Source: a virus
Reading direction: 5' to 3' (one strand)
Virus record (IMG/VR): IMGVR_UViG_3300017917_004998
Span: 32,001 to 96,000 of that record
DNA length: 64,000 nt
Below are positions 45,927-54,955 of this stretch, piece after piece. The notes under the pieces are model-generated. The model was not told where the DNA came from, made no database searches, and saw nothing but the letters and a program-made list of their open reading frames with translations. The first letter of the stretch is position 1; each line of letters opens with the position of its first letter. The translations under genes were made by a program, and so were the position numbers.

Positions 45927-46775
45927 ATGGCAAGAACTTTAATAAGACTAAACACCAACTCTCTTGGAGATACAATTGGTGCTTCTCCTTACTTTGAAAA
46001 GTATAGAGCTAAAACATCCGATGAAGTTTTCGTTTCGTGTAATCACCATGATCTATTTGCGTCAGTATATCCAAAAATAGATTTCTTACCAAACTCTCAA
46101 AATCCAGGCGGAAAGTTTGATAATTACTTCAATCTGGACTTTAGATTTGACGTCCCGTTGCAAAAAGGTTTTTCTGACCAATTGGGATTGGAGTACGAAG
46201 AGATTAGGCCGAAAGTTGCTTTTTCGCCTTCATTAAGACCATTTGGCAGAAGGTATGTTTGTGTTGCAATGCAATCAACTTCTCAATGCAAATATTGGAA
46301 CCACGATGGCGGATGGGATATTCTTTTTGAGAAATTGAAACGGAGAGGACTGACTCCGATCTGCGTGGATCTATACAATAGTTTTGGAATAGATGGACAT
46401 TTCAACAACACACCAGATTCTTGTATAGACAAGACAGGTCTTTCTATTTCCGATGTAATGCAATATTTACACCACTGTGAATTCTTTATTGGATTGAGCT
46501 CTGGACTTAGCTGGCTTGCGTATGCTATGCAAAAGCATGTTGTATTAATATCTGGTTCAACACATGCCTGGTGCGAGCCGAAAAACGATCTAACCAGGAT
46601 CATAGATAAATCTGTCTGCCACGGATGTTTTAATGAGCCTGCAACCACGCCATTCAATCCTTCAGATTGGCTATGGTGTCCAAGGAATGCAGGAACATCT
46701 GACCAATTTATCTGTACCAAGGCAATTACACCAGATTCAGTTTGGAACGAAATGAAGGAAGTCAAACTTGTATGA
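45927..46775 (+). CDS. TibC/Aah-like protein heptosyltransferase domain (GT-B)
   Basis: FIGLSSGLSWLA, CHGC.N...WLWCP...C.K Cys motif. Confidence 0.7.
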   Translation: MARTLIRLNTNSLGDTIGASPYFEKYRAKTSDEVFVSCNHHDLFASVYPKIDFLPNSQNPGGKFDNYFNLDFRFDVPLQKGFSDQLGLEYEEIRPKVAFSPSLRPFGRRYVCVAMQSTSQCKYWNHDGGWDILFEKLKRRGLTPICVDLYNSFGIDGHFNNTPDSCIDKTGLSISDVMQYLHHCEFFIGLSSGLSWLAYAMQKHVVLISGSTHAWCEPKNDLTRIIDKSVCHGCFNEPATTPFNPSDWLWCPRNAGTSDQFICTKAITPDSVWNEMKEVKLV

Positions 46776-47152
46776 TGGTAGAAATTTCAAACGGAGATTT
46801 GCTGGACAAGCTTAGCATTCTAAGAATCAAGGAGATGTTTATAACAGACACAAAAAAATCTTTGAATATAAAGTCAGAAATCGATACACTTGCTCCCCTG
46901 TGCTCAGATCTTCTTTCAGACGAAAGAATTTCTCAACTTTATCTTAATCTGGTTTCTATCAACACAAATTTGTGGGAAGTTGAGGACCGAATAAGAGCGA
47001 AGGAAAGATTAAACGAGTTTGATGCAGAATTTATAGAACTTGCAAGATCTGTTTATTACACCAACGATAACAGGTCAGCAATTAAAAGGGAAATAAATCT
47101 GATTAGTGGATCTCGTATTATAGAGGAAAAAGATTACCCAGATTACCGATAG
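46772..47152 (+). CDS. DUF6165-type protein
   Basis: EISNGDLLDKLSILRIK...ELARSVY..ND.R..IK.EIN. Confidence 0.7.
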   Translation: MMVEISNGDLLDKLSILRIKEMFITDTKKSLNIKSEIDTLAPLCSDLLSDERISQLYLNLVSINTNLWEVEDRIRAKERLNEFDAEFIELARSVYYTNDNRSAIKREINLISGSRIIEEKDYPDYR

Positions 47153-47209
47153 ATTCTACTTTCTTTTCACTTTCTGTGCTCGATATATAGAGAAAAAAGT
47201 TTCTATATA

Positions 47210-49111
47210 ATGAGAGTTTTAAATTTTGATGATTTTAGTAGGGTATATGAGGCAGAGACTGGCGAACCGCTTTCGGAAGATGCACAATCAATATTGTTGC
47301 AGATCGGTGTCTTGTTTTTCAATGCATATGGTTATATGCTTGCTCTTACCAAAGATTATCCAGATACAGCAAAAGATTTCCAGAGCGTAGTTGCTGCGGG
47401 CGCAGATGAAAAATCAGCAGAATTAAAAAAGATCGCTAATAATGTTGCTGCACAGGTTAGGGAAGAATTTAAAAAGGATGGTGTTGACAAACTGTGGCTT
47501 CAGGCTGCGGTTCTTTCAGCTGATGCTCTTAGTGCTATAATGGCGCAGTTTAAGGATAACAAGGAGGCTCAAGATCTAGCGTCAACTTTATTAAACAAGA
47601 AGATTACTGGCTATCTAGATCAACTTAAAAAATCAAAGGAAGAAATTAAGAAAGAATCTGATTCTTCTGTTGAAGGTGATCAGATATTCGAAGGATTTTT
47701 CACTACCAAGAGAGGTAGCGTTAACAATCTGATTAAACAGGGTGTAGTCGTAGATTCTTTACTTAAGGCAGAAAGTGAAAACGAAGACATCAAACCAGAG
47801 GTTCAAAGACTTCAGACAGAACTTGATGGCATACTTGCTAATCTGGCAAAACTATCAAGAGCTAAAAAGGATGACATCGACCAAAGTCAATTGGATCCTA
47901 TTGCTGATAGACTAACTGAAATACCTTTAGATTTAAATAGAAAGAAAGAAGCACTTGCTAAGACTAACAAATCTTTTGCTGAAGCTAGCACTCTTTTCGT
48001 AAAGGCTTTAAATGCTGCGAATAAAGCGATTGCTAAGGAGAAAGAAGTTAAGGACAGACTTGCTGCTGAAGGTGCAAAGACTAAAGAGGACGAAGAAAAA
48101 GCTGGACAGAGCACAATTAGGTTACCAAGAAACATCACAAGAGCAGCAGTTGGCTCAAAAGAGGATGAAACTGTTGGAAAGGTTCAGCAATTGATAATTG
48201 ACAAGTTCAAGGACAATCCGGATGTTAATACAGTAGAGCTATTCAAAAAGTTCATGAGGTTTGGAGCAGATAAAAGATTTGGTGGAACAACCGCTGGTAT
48301 GATCGTAGCTCTTAAGGCTGGATTTGGATTGGATGACACATCACCAGATATCACGCAGGAATTATTGGACGAATTAACAAAGGTTAAACTTAAGGAATCT
48401 GAAAATGTTATTTCTGACTTTAGTGTGTTCTCATCAGTCTTTGAGGACTTCAATCCAGAAGCTTTTAAAAAGGCATCATTGGGTGCAAATCCAATGGCAA
48501 AGACAGATTTGAAAATCTCTGACATCAACAGATCTGCTGGTAACAAGCAGGGAGGACAGAAGGAGGTTGGAAAGGACACTGCAGCAGAAATTGAGAAATT
48601 GGTTAACAAGAAATTTGACGAGGAAAAGAAAGCTAGAGTTAAACAGCAGCTGATAGATCTAGGGGCTAAAGAATTAACTGACGCTAAGGATGGGGCAATC
48701 GCTTATTACGGAACAATGAGATTCTATCCGAATGGAATATTCTGGAGATCTACAACCGGAAAAAAAGGTAAGTTCCCAAGCGATCTTTCTAAGGGATTGG
48801 ATACTATTATTACCGACGAGGCAGGCAAAGAATCAACTTTGGGCAGAGAGATGAAAAATCCTTTGGGACCTTTGGCTCAAATAGTAAAGAGTGTTTACCG
48901 TGACATCAATAGCATGGGATCTAGAAACAAGGAGCTTTACACCGAGATTTTGCCTTCGTTATCAAGAAGAGAGCTCGCAACTGTATTAAGAGCTTACAAG
49001 GCACAAAGTAAGAGAGGTCTTTTGGATGATCTTGACAACGAATGGACAGATACCAAAGAGATCAGAGAATTCACTAGAAAATTCGAGGATCTACTTAAAG
49101 CAGAAAATTAA
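47210..49111 (+). CDS. large helical putative internal head protein
   Basis: GATATATA at 47182-47189; MRVLNFDDF...VYE; coiled coil. Confidence 0.7.
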   Translation: MRVLNFDDFSRVYEAETGEPLSEDAQSILLQIGVLFFNAYGYMLALTKDYPDTAKDFQSVVAAGADEKSAELKKIANNVAAQVREEFKKDGVDKLWLQAAVLSADALSAIMAQFKDNKEAQDLASTLLNKKITGYLDQLKKSKEEIKKESDSSVEGDQIFEGFFTTKRGSVNNLIKQGVVVDSLLKAESENEDIKPEVQRLQTELDGILANLAKLSRAKKDDIDQSQLDPIADRLTEIPLDLNRKKEALAKTNKSFAEASTLFVKALNAANKAIAKEKEVKDRLAAEGAKTKEDEEKAGQSTIRLPRNITRAAVGSKEDETVGKVQQLIIDKFKDNPDVNTVELFKKFMRFGADKRFGGTTAGMIVALKAGFGLDDTSPDITQELLDELTKVKLKESENVISDFSVFSSVFEDFNPEAFKKASLGANPMAKTDLKISDINRSAGNKQGGQKEVGKDTAAEIEKLVNKKFDEEKKARVKQQLIDLGAKELTDAKDGAIAYYGTMRFYPNGIFWRSTTGKKGKFPSDLSKGLDTIITDEAGKESTLGREMKNPLGPLAQIVKSVYRDINSMGSRNKELYTEILPSLSRRELATVLRAYKAQSKRGLLDDLDNEWTDTKEIREFTRKFEDLLKAEN

Positions 49112-50241
49112 TGAGAAAGATTACTAGCTACCGGGACTTCGTTTCTCTTAACGAGGAGGATTCAACACTATTGTCGAAATTGGATCAATATCGTCCAATT
49201 GCGTCTGGTATTGCTGAAGCCTTTGCTTTGTACGGCTACTTTATTTCATTGGCCGAGGAGAATATAGATTCTGAAGATTGGCAGAGACTGATCTCAGAAA
49301 TTACCGGTGCTAAAGCTTACGATCAGAAATGGAGTAAGATAATTTCTCTCTCGAAAAGCTTGCACAATAACCTTAAGCAGTATTCAGCAGAAAGAAATAG
49401 GTCTGTAGGTAACAGGTACATGGAAATTAAGGACCTTGGTGCAGAAGCCATCGGTATTACTGAAGCTTTAGAAAAGTTCAAAACAGCATCGGACCTCCTG
49501 GTTAAAAACATGGAGCCAGCAAAGGTGCAGACTAGATTAAATATGATAGACAATGCGGTCAAGGGTGTTCAGCCTTTTGGGATCAGCGAGTCTATCTTAA
49601 ACGAGTCACAGGAAAGACCGGCACCTGCTGAAGCTGCTGTTCTTTATTTTGCAGATAATCTGGCTTCACAGGTTGTCAACATGAGACTGACTCTTAGAAA
49701 CCTGGGTGACGTTTACCCTGCTTCAAGATCTTCTGTAGAAGCTACAGAGAACAACATTATAAACCCTTTAGCAGATGACATAAAGGGTATATTGGACATG
49801 GGAATCAAACACAAGGAAAATCTTCCGCTGTCAAAGTCTGTTAAAAAGGCTTATGCAGATAAAGGCTGGAGCGTAGAAAACCAGTTCCAAAAATATATGG
49901 TGGATGCTTTTGAAGAACTATCTTCAATCGAAGCAAGAATCATTGCAGTATATAAAAAGATTGAGGAATACAAAGGAACTATTGTCGACAAATATCAGAC
50001 AAGGACAGATGCTGGTGAATTCATAGAAGCAGGCAACAGAATTCTTAAGGGTGTAAAAGACAAGATATTGAAACAGCTTCAGATAAAAAGACTAGAAAAG
50101 AAATCAGGTCAGATAATTGCTGGCAGCTATGATAGACAAATGAAGAGATCTTTGGACTCTGAAGATCTCAAAACACAAAGTTCTTTGGTCAATGCAGACC
50201 AGCTTAGGGACTACCTAAAGAAGAAATATCAGGTAAATTAA
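49111..50241 (+). CDS. putative internal head protein
   Basis: TAATG overlap; MRKITSYRDFVSLNE. Confidence 0.7.
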   Translation: MRKITSYRDFVSLNEEDSTLLSKLDQYRPIASGIAEAFALYGYFISLAEENIDSEDWQRLISEITGAKAYDQKWSKIISLSKSLHNNLKQYSAERNRSVGNRYMEIKDLGAEAIGITEALEKFKTASDLLVKNMEPAKVQTRLNMIDNAVKGVQPFGISESILNESQERPAPAEAAVLYFADNLASQVVNMRLTLRNLGDVYPASRSSVEATENNIINPLADDIKGILDMGIKHKENLPLSKSVKKAYADKGWSVENQFQKYMVDAFEELSSIEARIIAVYKKIEEYKGTIVDKYQTRTDAGEFIEAGNRILKGVKDKILKQLQIKRLEKKSGQIIAGSYDRQMKRSLDSEDLKTQSSLVNADQLRDYLKKKYQVN

Positions 50242-50345
50242 ATTTTTTTTCAATTTTCCGAAACAAAAAGGCCAAAAGGGGGCTAAAATAATTATCTATG
50301 TTACCCCTGGTTAAGAATATATAGTAACCTATCATCTTAGTGGGC

Positions 50346-50510
50346 CTTAACCAAATCTTTAATTCTTAAGGTTCTTAACCCAAACTTTAGTTCTTAGAGT
50401 GCTTAATCCCAAACTTTAATTTCTAATTAGCTTAATCCCAAACTTTAATTTCTAATTAGCTTAATCCCAAACTTTATTATCTAGAGTGATTAGTCCCAAA
50501 CTTTATTAAT
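50346..50510 (+). repeat. 28-29 bp tandem repeat array upstream of uvsX
   Basis: Units at 50346, 50374, 50402, 50431, 50460, 50489 with core CTTAAT-CCCAAACTTTA; units 3 and 4 identical. Confidence 0.85.
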
Positions 50511-50626
50511 TAAAGAAGTTTGATAAGATATCACTTTGCCCAAGCTTTATTGATTGTTTAATAAAGCATTACTTGGGAAACATCCATTTGCACCAACAGT
50601 ATGATTATTAAAAATAATTAATAATT

Positions 50627-50914
50627 ATGGCAAAGACAACTAAGGAATTTTCATTTTTGGATTTAGACAAGGAACTATCAAAAATTACTGGGTTTGAAAC
50701 TGGATCGATTTTAGCAGACAACACTTTTAGTGAGGTTGATGAATGGATCCCAACAGGCAACTATTTATTGAATGCACAATTATCTGGAACCTTATTTGGT
50801 GGGATCCCAAACACAAGATCCCTCGGTTTGATGGGAGATCCAGGGTGTTTACGAAAAACCCAAAAGGTTAGGGTGTATGTATTAAAAACACAAGGTGAGT
50901 CGGATAGGACCTAA
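50627..50914 (+). CDS. uvsX: UvsX/RecA N-terminal piece plus 22-aa split-intein N fragment
   Basis: IPTGNYLLNAQLSG..FGGIP...GLMGDPG then CLRKTQKVRVY (intein Cys1 at 50846). Confidence 0.88.
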   Translation: MAKTTKEFSFLDLDKELSKITGFETGSILADNTFSEVDEWIPTGNYLLNAQLSGTLFGGIPNTRSLGLMGDPGCLRKTQKVRVYVLKTQGESDRT

Positions 50915-50952
50915 TTATAATCAAAATAGAAAAGTTAAGGATTAATAAAAAT

Positions 50953-52137
50953 ATGATGGATAGAATTCAAATAATTGAAGAGCTTAAGGCTTACCCAGAT
51001 TTTTACAGCGATGTTGATCTAGAGAAATTGACAGAATCTGAAATTTCAGAATTGTTCAATAAACACTGTGAGGAATTTTCGGAAGAGATTGAGATTGGGA
51101 CTGTTTTCAATGATATGAAAGCACAAAGAATTCTGGCAGACACCCCAGATGGATGGATCGAAGTTGGTAAATTCGTAAAAAAGACACCAAGGGATATACA
51201 CAGAGTTATTCTAAACGATGGATCTTTAGTTGAAGCTTCGTGCGATCACATGTTTGAAACTTCTAGAGGATGGGTGATGTCTAAAGATCTTCAAGATGAA
51301 GAACTTATCTTAACAAAAAACGGGTTCGTTGGGGTTAAGGAAAATGAAATTATAGCAAACGAAGAAGTTTATGATTGGGAGATCCTACACGAGAATCACC
51401 GATACTGGGTTGGTAATATGTCTTCACACAACACCGGTAAATCTTTCGTTTGCCTGAACGTTGCAAGAGAAGCTCAGAAAAAAGGATATGATGTAATCTA
51501 TTGTGATACCGAGGGAGCGATCGATAAAAGCTCTGCTATTAAATTTGGTATTGATGCTAACAAGGTAAGATATCAGCCAATCAAGACTGTAACTGAATTC
51601 CAGACCTTTGTAGCTAACCTTTTGGAGCTAGTTAAGAAAGCAAAGGCAAACGGAGCTAATCCTAAGATATTGCTGATTCTGGACTCTTTGGGTATGTTAA
51701 GCACTGATAAGGAATTAAGAGATGCGATCGAAGGTAAGAATGCTGCTGACATGGGAGCTAAAGCTAAGGAATTAAGAAAGTTATTCCGTGTTATCACGTT
51801 GGATCTGACTGCTGCTAAGATTCCACTGGTTTGTACGAATCACGTTTACTGTCTTACAGCAGGTCACAAAATCTTAATGTCCGATGACACATATAAAAAC
51901 ATCGAGGATATTGTAGTTGGTGATGTTGTTAAAACATTGGCCGGCGATAGAAACGTTTGTTCGACTTCTGAGTTTGAAGATAAGGAGGTTATTAAATTGA
52001 CTCTTGAAAACGGTCAAACCATCGAGTGCACTCCCAACCATAAATTTTTGGTTGAAAACGAATGGACCAACGAACAATCATGGAAATGCTCCGATGATTT
52101 GGTAGAGGGAGATTACATTTTAAGAACCAGCGAATAA
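50953..52137 (+). CDS. uvsX: UvsX middle piece flanked by intein-1 C fragment (160 aa) and intein-2 N fragment (95 aa)
   Basis: SCDH, VYD, SHN|TGKS completes Walker A; YCDTE, LILDSLG; NHVY|CLTAGHKI...CTPNH. Confidence 0.9.
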   Translation: MMDRIQIIEELKAYPDFYSDVDLEKLTESEISELFNKHCEEFSEEIEIGTVFNDMKAQRILADTPDGWIEVGKFVKKTPRDIHRVILNDGSLVEASCDHMFETSRGWVMSKDLQDEELILTKNGFVGVKENEIIANEEVYDWEILHENHRYWVGNMSSHNTGKSFVCLNVAREAQKKGYDVIYCDTEGAIDKSSAIKFGIDANKVRYQPIKTVTEFQTFVANLLELVKKAKANGANPKILLILDSLGMLSTDKELRDAIEGKNAADMGAKAKELRKLFRVITLDLTAAKIPLVCTNHVYCLTAGHKILMSDDTYKNIEDIVVGDVVKTLAGDRNVCSTSEFEDKEVIKLTLENGQTIECTPNHKFLVENEWTNEQSWKCSDDLVEGDYILRTSE

Positions 52138-52210
52138 TTAAACCGATTGATGTGGTATATGCACACAAAAGCATATACCATGTTTTCTGTAGAATAACTA
52201 ATATAAAATC

Positions 52211-52861
52211 ATGAAAAAAATAAAGATAATCAAAAAAGAAGTACTAGAGGAAAGAAAGAAAGTTTATGACGTAACTGTAGAGGGAGCACATCATTATTTC
52301 CTAGAAAATGGAGTAATCTCTCATAATACAGGGAGTGGATATATGCCAACTAAAGAATCTTCAGGTGGTGACGGACCTATTTTTGCAATGTCTGTAATCT
52401 CTTTCCTTTCTAAAGCACAGTTAAAAGAAGGTAATAGCACAACTAAGACTGGTATCGTTGTTACATCAAATCTTAAGAAAAGCAGATTCACAATCCCAGA
52501 GCCTGTTAAGTTTCACATCTCATTCCTAAACGGTATGAACCCTTATGTTGGTTTGCAAGATTTCGTTTCTTGGGAAGCTTGCGGAATTGGCAAAGGAAAG
52601 TTTGAAGAAGTGAAAAACGAAAGCGGAGTCAAAGAAACTGTCTTTATACCAAGCGAAAGTGCACAAGCCAGATGGGCGGTTAAACACTTGGGAAAAACTA
52701 TTACGTCATCACAGCTATTCACACCTGAAGTTTTCACCGATGAGGTTCTCAGACAACTTGACGAGAATGTTATTAAGAAGCATTTCATATTGCCAACAAT
52801 GGGAAACAATGATGAGATTGCAAACGCTTTGGAAGCTGATTTAGAAGATGAACAGGAATAA
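52211..52861 (+). CDS. uvsX: 39-aa intein-2 C fragment plus UvsX C-terminal piece
   Basis: VYDVTVEGAHHYFLENGVISHN|TGSGY..SSGG, KSRF, GMNPY.GL. Confidence 0.9.
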   Translation: MKKIKIIKKEVLEERKKVYDVTVEGAHHYFLENGVISHNTGSGYMPTKESSGGDGPIFAMSVISFLSKAQLKEGNSTTKTGIVVTSNLKKSRFTIPEPVKFHISFLNGMNPYVGLQDFVSWEACGIGKGKFEEVKNESGVKETVFIPSESAQARWAVKHLGKTITSSQLFTPEVFTDEVLRQLDENVIKKHFILPTMGNNDEIANALEADLEDEQE

Positions 52862-53144
52862 GATCAAGTTTAAGTATCTAATGAATCTGTGGAAGTCCCT
52901 TCCTTCATACCCTACCCAGGAAGATGTCATTTTTGAACTGACCTCTTACCTGGAAAAGGATGGTAGACCAAATGGAGAATTTTCGCTGCAAACCTTTAAT
53001 TCTATACTAGGTTCTAAATGGATGGAAACCAAACATTATGAACTAGTACAAAATATGATTTCTTCCGGGCAATTTATTGAAGTGTCTGGGCAAGGAACGA
53101 ATAAGGTAAAATATAAACTAAAGGAAAAACCAGAATACATTTAA
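52848..53144 (+). CDS. hypothetical protein in replication operon
   Basis: 98-aa ORF overlapping uvsX end. Confidence 0.65.
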   Translation: MNRNKIKFKYLMNLWKSLPSYPTQEDVIFELTSYLEKDGRPNGEFSLQTFNSILGSKWMETKHYELVQNMISSGQFIEVSGQGTNKVKYKLKEKPEYI

Positions 53145-53145
53145 G

Positions 53146-54447
53146 ATGGATTTATCACATTCGGAGAATATAATTCTAAGATACATTATCACACAGCCTG
53201 CCTATCTTGAAACATGCAGAGCGGAATATTTCAAGAATAGTGGATTTCAGGAGGTGTTTGTCATGTCTAAGAAGTTCTGGGAGAGATACCATGAAGTACC
53301 TACTCCAGACCAGCTCAAGGAAAATGTTAAATTGGAGGGTAAGACAGACAAAGTATCGCCGGGAGAAATACAAGCGATCTTTGATGTTGATCTTGCAAAA
53401 TATCAGGATGATTGGCTTACGGAAACGACTGAACTCTTTATTGAATACAAAAATCTTGTAACAAGTGCTGTAGATGGTGTTAAATATATCCAGGCAACAC
53501 CAGTCACTTCTGATAACATCAAAGAGGTTATTAACACCTTTAAGAATATTGTTGTTGAGAGAAATAATATAGATTTCTCGTTCGATGAGGGCTTGGATTT
53601 TTTCCATCCTGATAACCACAAACAGCTTACACACACAACATTCTCTTCTGGCTATCCTTTTATTGATACAGTATTGGGTGGAGGTTTTTCTGCCAAGTCA
53701 CTGTACGTCTTTATGGGGATGCCAAAAGTTGGTAAATCGCTATGGCTTGGTAATCTTGCAGCTCAAGCAGTAAAGTCAGGACACAACGTAGCAGTTATTT
53801 CACTAGAGATGAACGACAGAAAGTATGTCAAGAGGCTAGGTGCAAACCTGCTTGGTATTCCTGTCAATGAGTATGGCAACACAGCGGAGGATGAACAGAA
53901 GATGAAAAAGAAGATCAGTTCTCTTACATATTCAAATCTAAGTGTTCCTGGTAGACTGTTTGTAAAAGAATTCCCGACTTCTCAAGCTTCTGCTCTTGAT
54001 GTTGAACGATATCTTAGAAAAGTTGAAGAGCAGAATGGAATTAAATTCAAGGTAGTTGTCATAGACTACATCAACATCATGAAAAACTGGAGGAATCCAA
54101 ACTCGGAAAACACCTATATGAAGATTAAACAGCTTGCCGAGGATATTCGCGGTGTGGCGATGCTTAACGGCTGGGCAATTTTGACTGCAACACAGACTAA
54201 GCAAAGCGATTTTGACTCCACAGATCTTAGCATTAACTCGGCAGCAGAATCGTCCGGTCTAGTTGCAACTGTAGATGGACTTTTCGGAATCATACAGGAT
54301 CCAATGATGTATGCAAACAGAGAATATAAACTCAAACTGATTGCGAACCGAGACGATGGATATAAAAATGCATACAAAATGTTTAATGTAGATTATACAT
54401 ACATGAGGATCATTGAAAACGGAGTTCCGATGCACGCAGAGGGTTAA
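53146..54447 (+). CDS. T4 gp41-like replicative helicase (DnaB family)
   Basis: GMPKVGKS, ISLEM, VVIDY, TATQ; no intein. Confidence 0.9.
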   Translation: MDLSHSENIILRYIITQPAYLETCRAEYFKNSGFQEVFVMSKKFWERYHEVPTPDQLKENVKLEGKTDKVSPGEIQAIFDVDLAKYQDDWLTETTELFIEYKNLVTSAVDGVKYIQATPVTSDNIKEVINTFKNIVVERNNIDFSFDEGLDFFHPDNHKQLTHTTFSSGYPFIDTVLGGGFSAKSLYVFMGMPKVGKSLWLGNLAAQAVKSGHNVAVISLEMNDRKYVKRLGANLLGIPVNEYGNTAEDEQKMKKKISSLTYSNLSVPGRLFVKEFPTSQASALDVERYLRKVEEQNGIKFKVVVIDYINIMKNWRNPNSENTYMKIKQLAEDIRGVAMLNGWAILTATQTKQSDFDSTDLSINSAAESSGLVATVDGLFGIIQDPMMYANREYKLKLIANRDDGYKNAYKMFNVDYTYMRIIENGVPMHAEG

Positions 54448-54463
54448 AAAAAATAACAAAAAA

Positions 54464-54955
54464 ATGGAAGAAGAAATTGACAATAATATCGAAGAGAATG
54501 TAGACTCTGGTGGTGAAAAAAAACAGCAACTTGGAGACAAGATCTTTGGTGCACACAACAATCCAACATCAGACAACGACTTCAGAGAGAACTTTGAACT
54601 TGATACGCAGCACAAATTTCTGGAGGATAGCTTTGATGAGGAAGAGTATTTGCATAGAAAAAAATTAGAGGAAACTGTTTTTGCAGCATTCCAAAGCTCT
54701 AGGTGGTATCCACTGTCTTACAAAAAGAAGATACCAAAAGATCTAATACCTCATTTGTTTCAGGATGTGCTTGAGAAACTTGAGGACACTGAATTTGGAT
54801 TCTCTGAGAAATTTGTAGTCATCTGTGATTTTGTTTCCATTCCGTATACGAAGGCGTACGAGCTAATCCCTGCCAAATACAAGGAAATAATTATTAACGA
54901 GCTAGAAATAAAGTTTGGCATTCTTTCGCGTAGAAAGATTAAAAGATTATTTTGA
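54464..54955 (+). CDS. acidic hypothetical protein
   Basis: ATG at 54464; between helicase and gp47. Confidence 0.7.
   Translation: MEEEIDNNIEENVDSGGEKKQQLGDKIFGAHNNPTSDNDFRENFELDTQHKFLEDSFDEEEYLHRKKLEETVFAAFQSSRWYPLSYKKKIPKDLIPHLFQDVLEKLEDTEFGFSEKFVVICDFVSIPYTKAYELIPAKYKEIIINELEIKFGILSRRKIKRLF

Noticed and set aside
50346-50510. CRISPR array
   Set aside because: Units are near-tandem with no unique 25-45 nt spacers and there are no cas genes.
53146-54447. Intein in the gp41 helicase
   Set aside because: Continuous 433-aa ORF with no Cys...His-Asn insertion.
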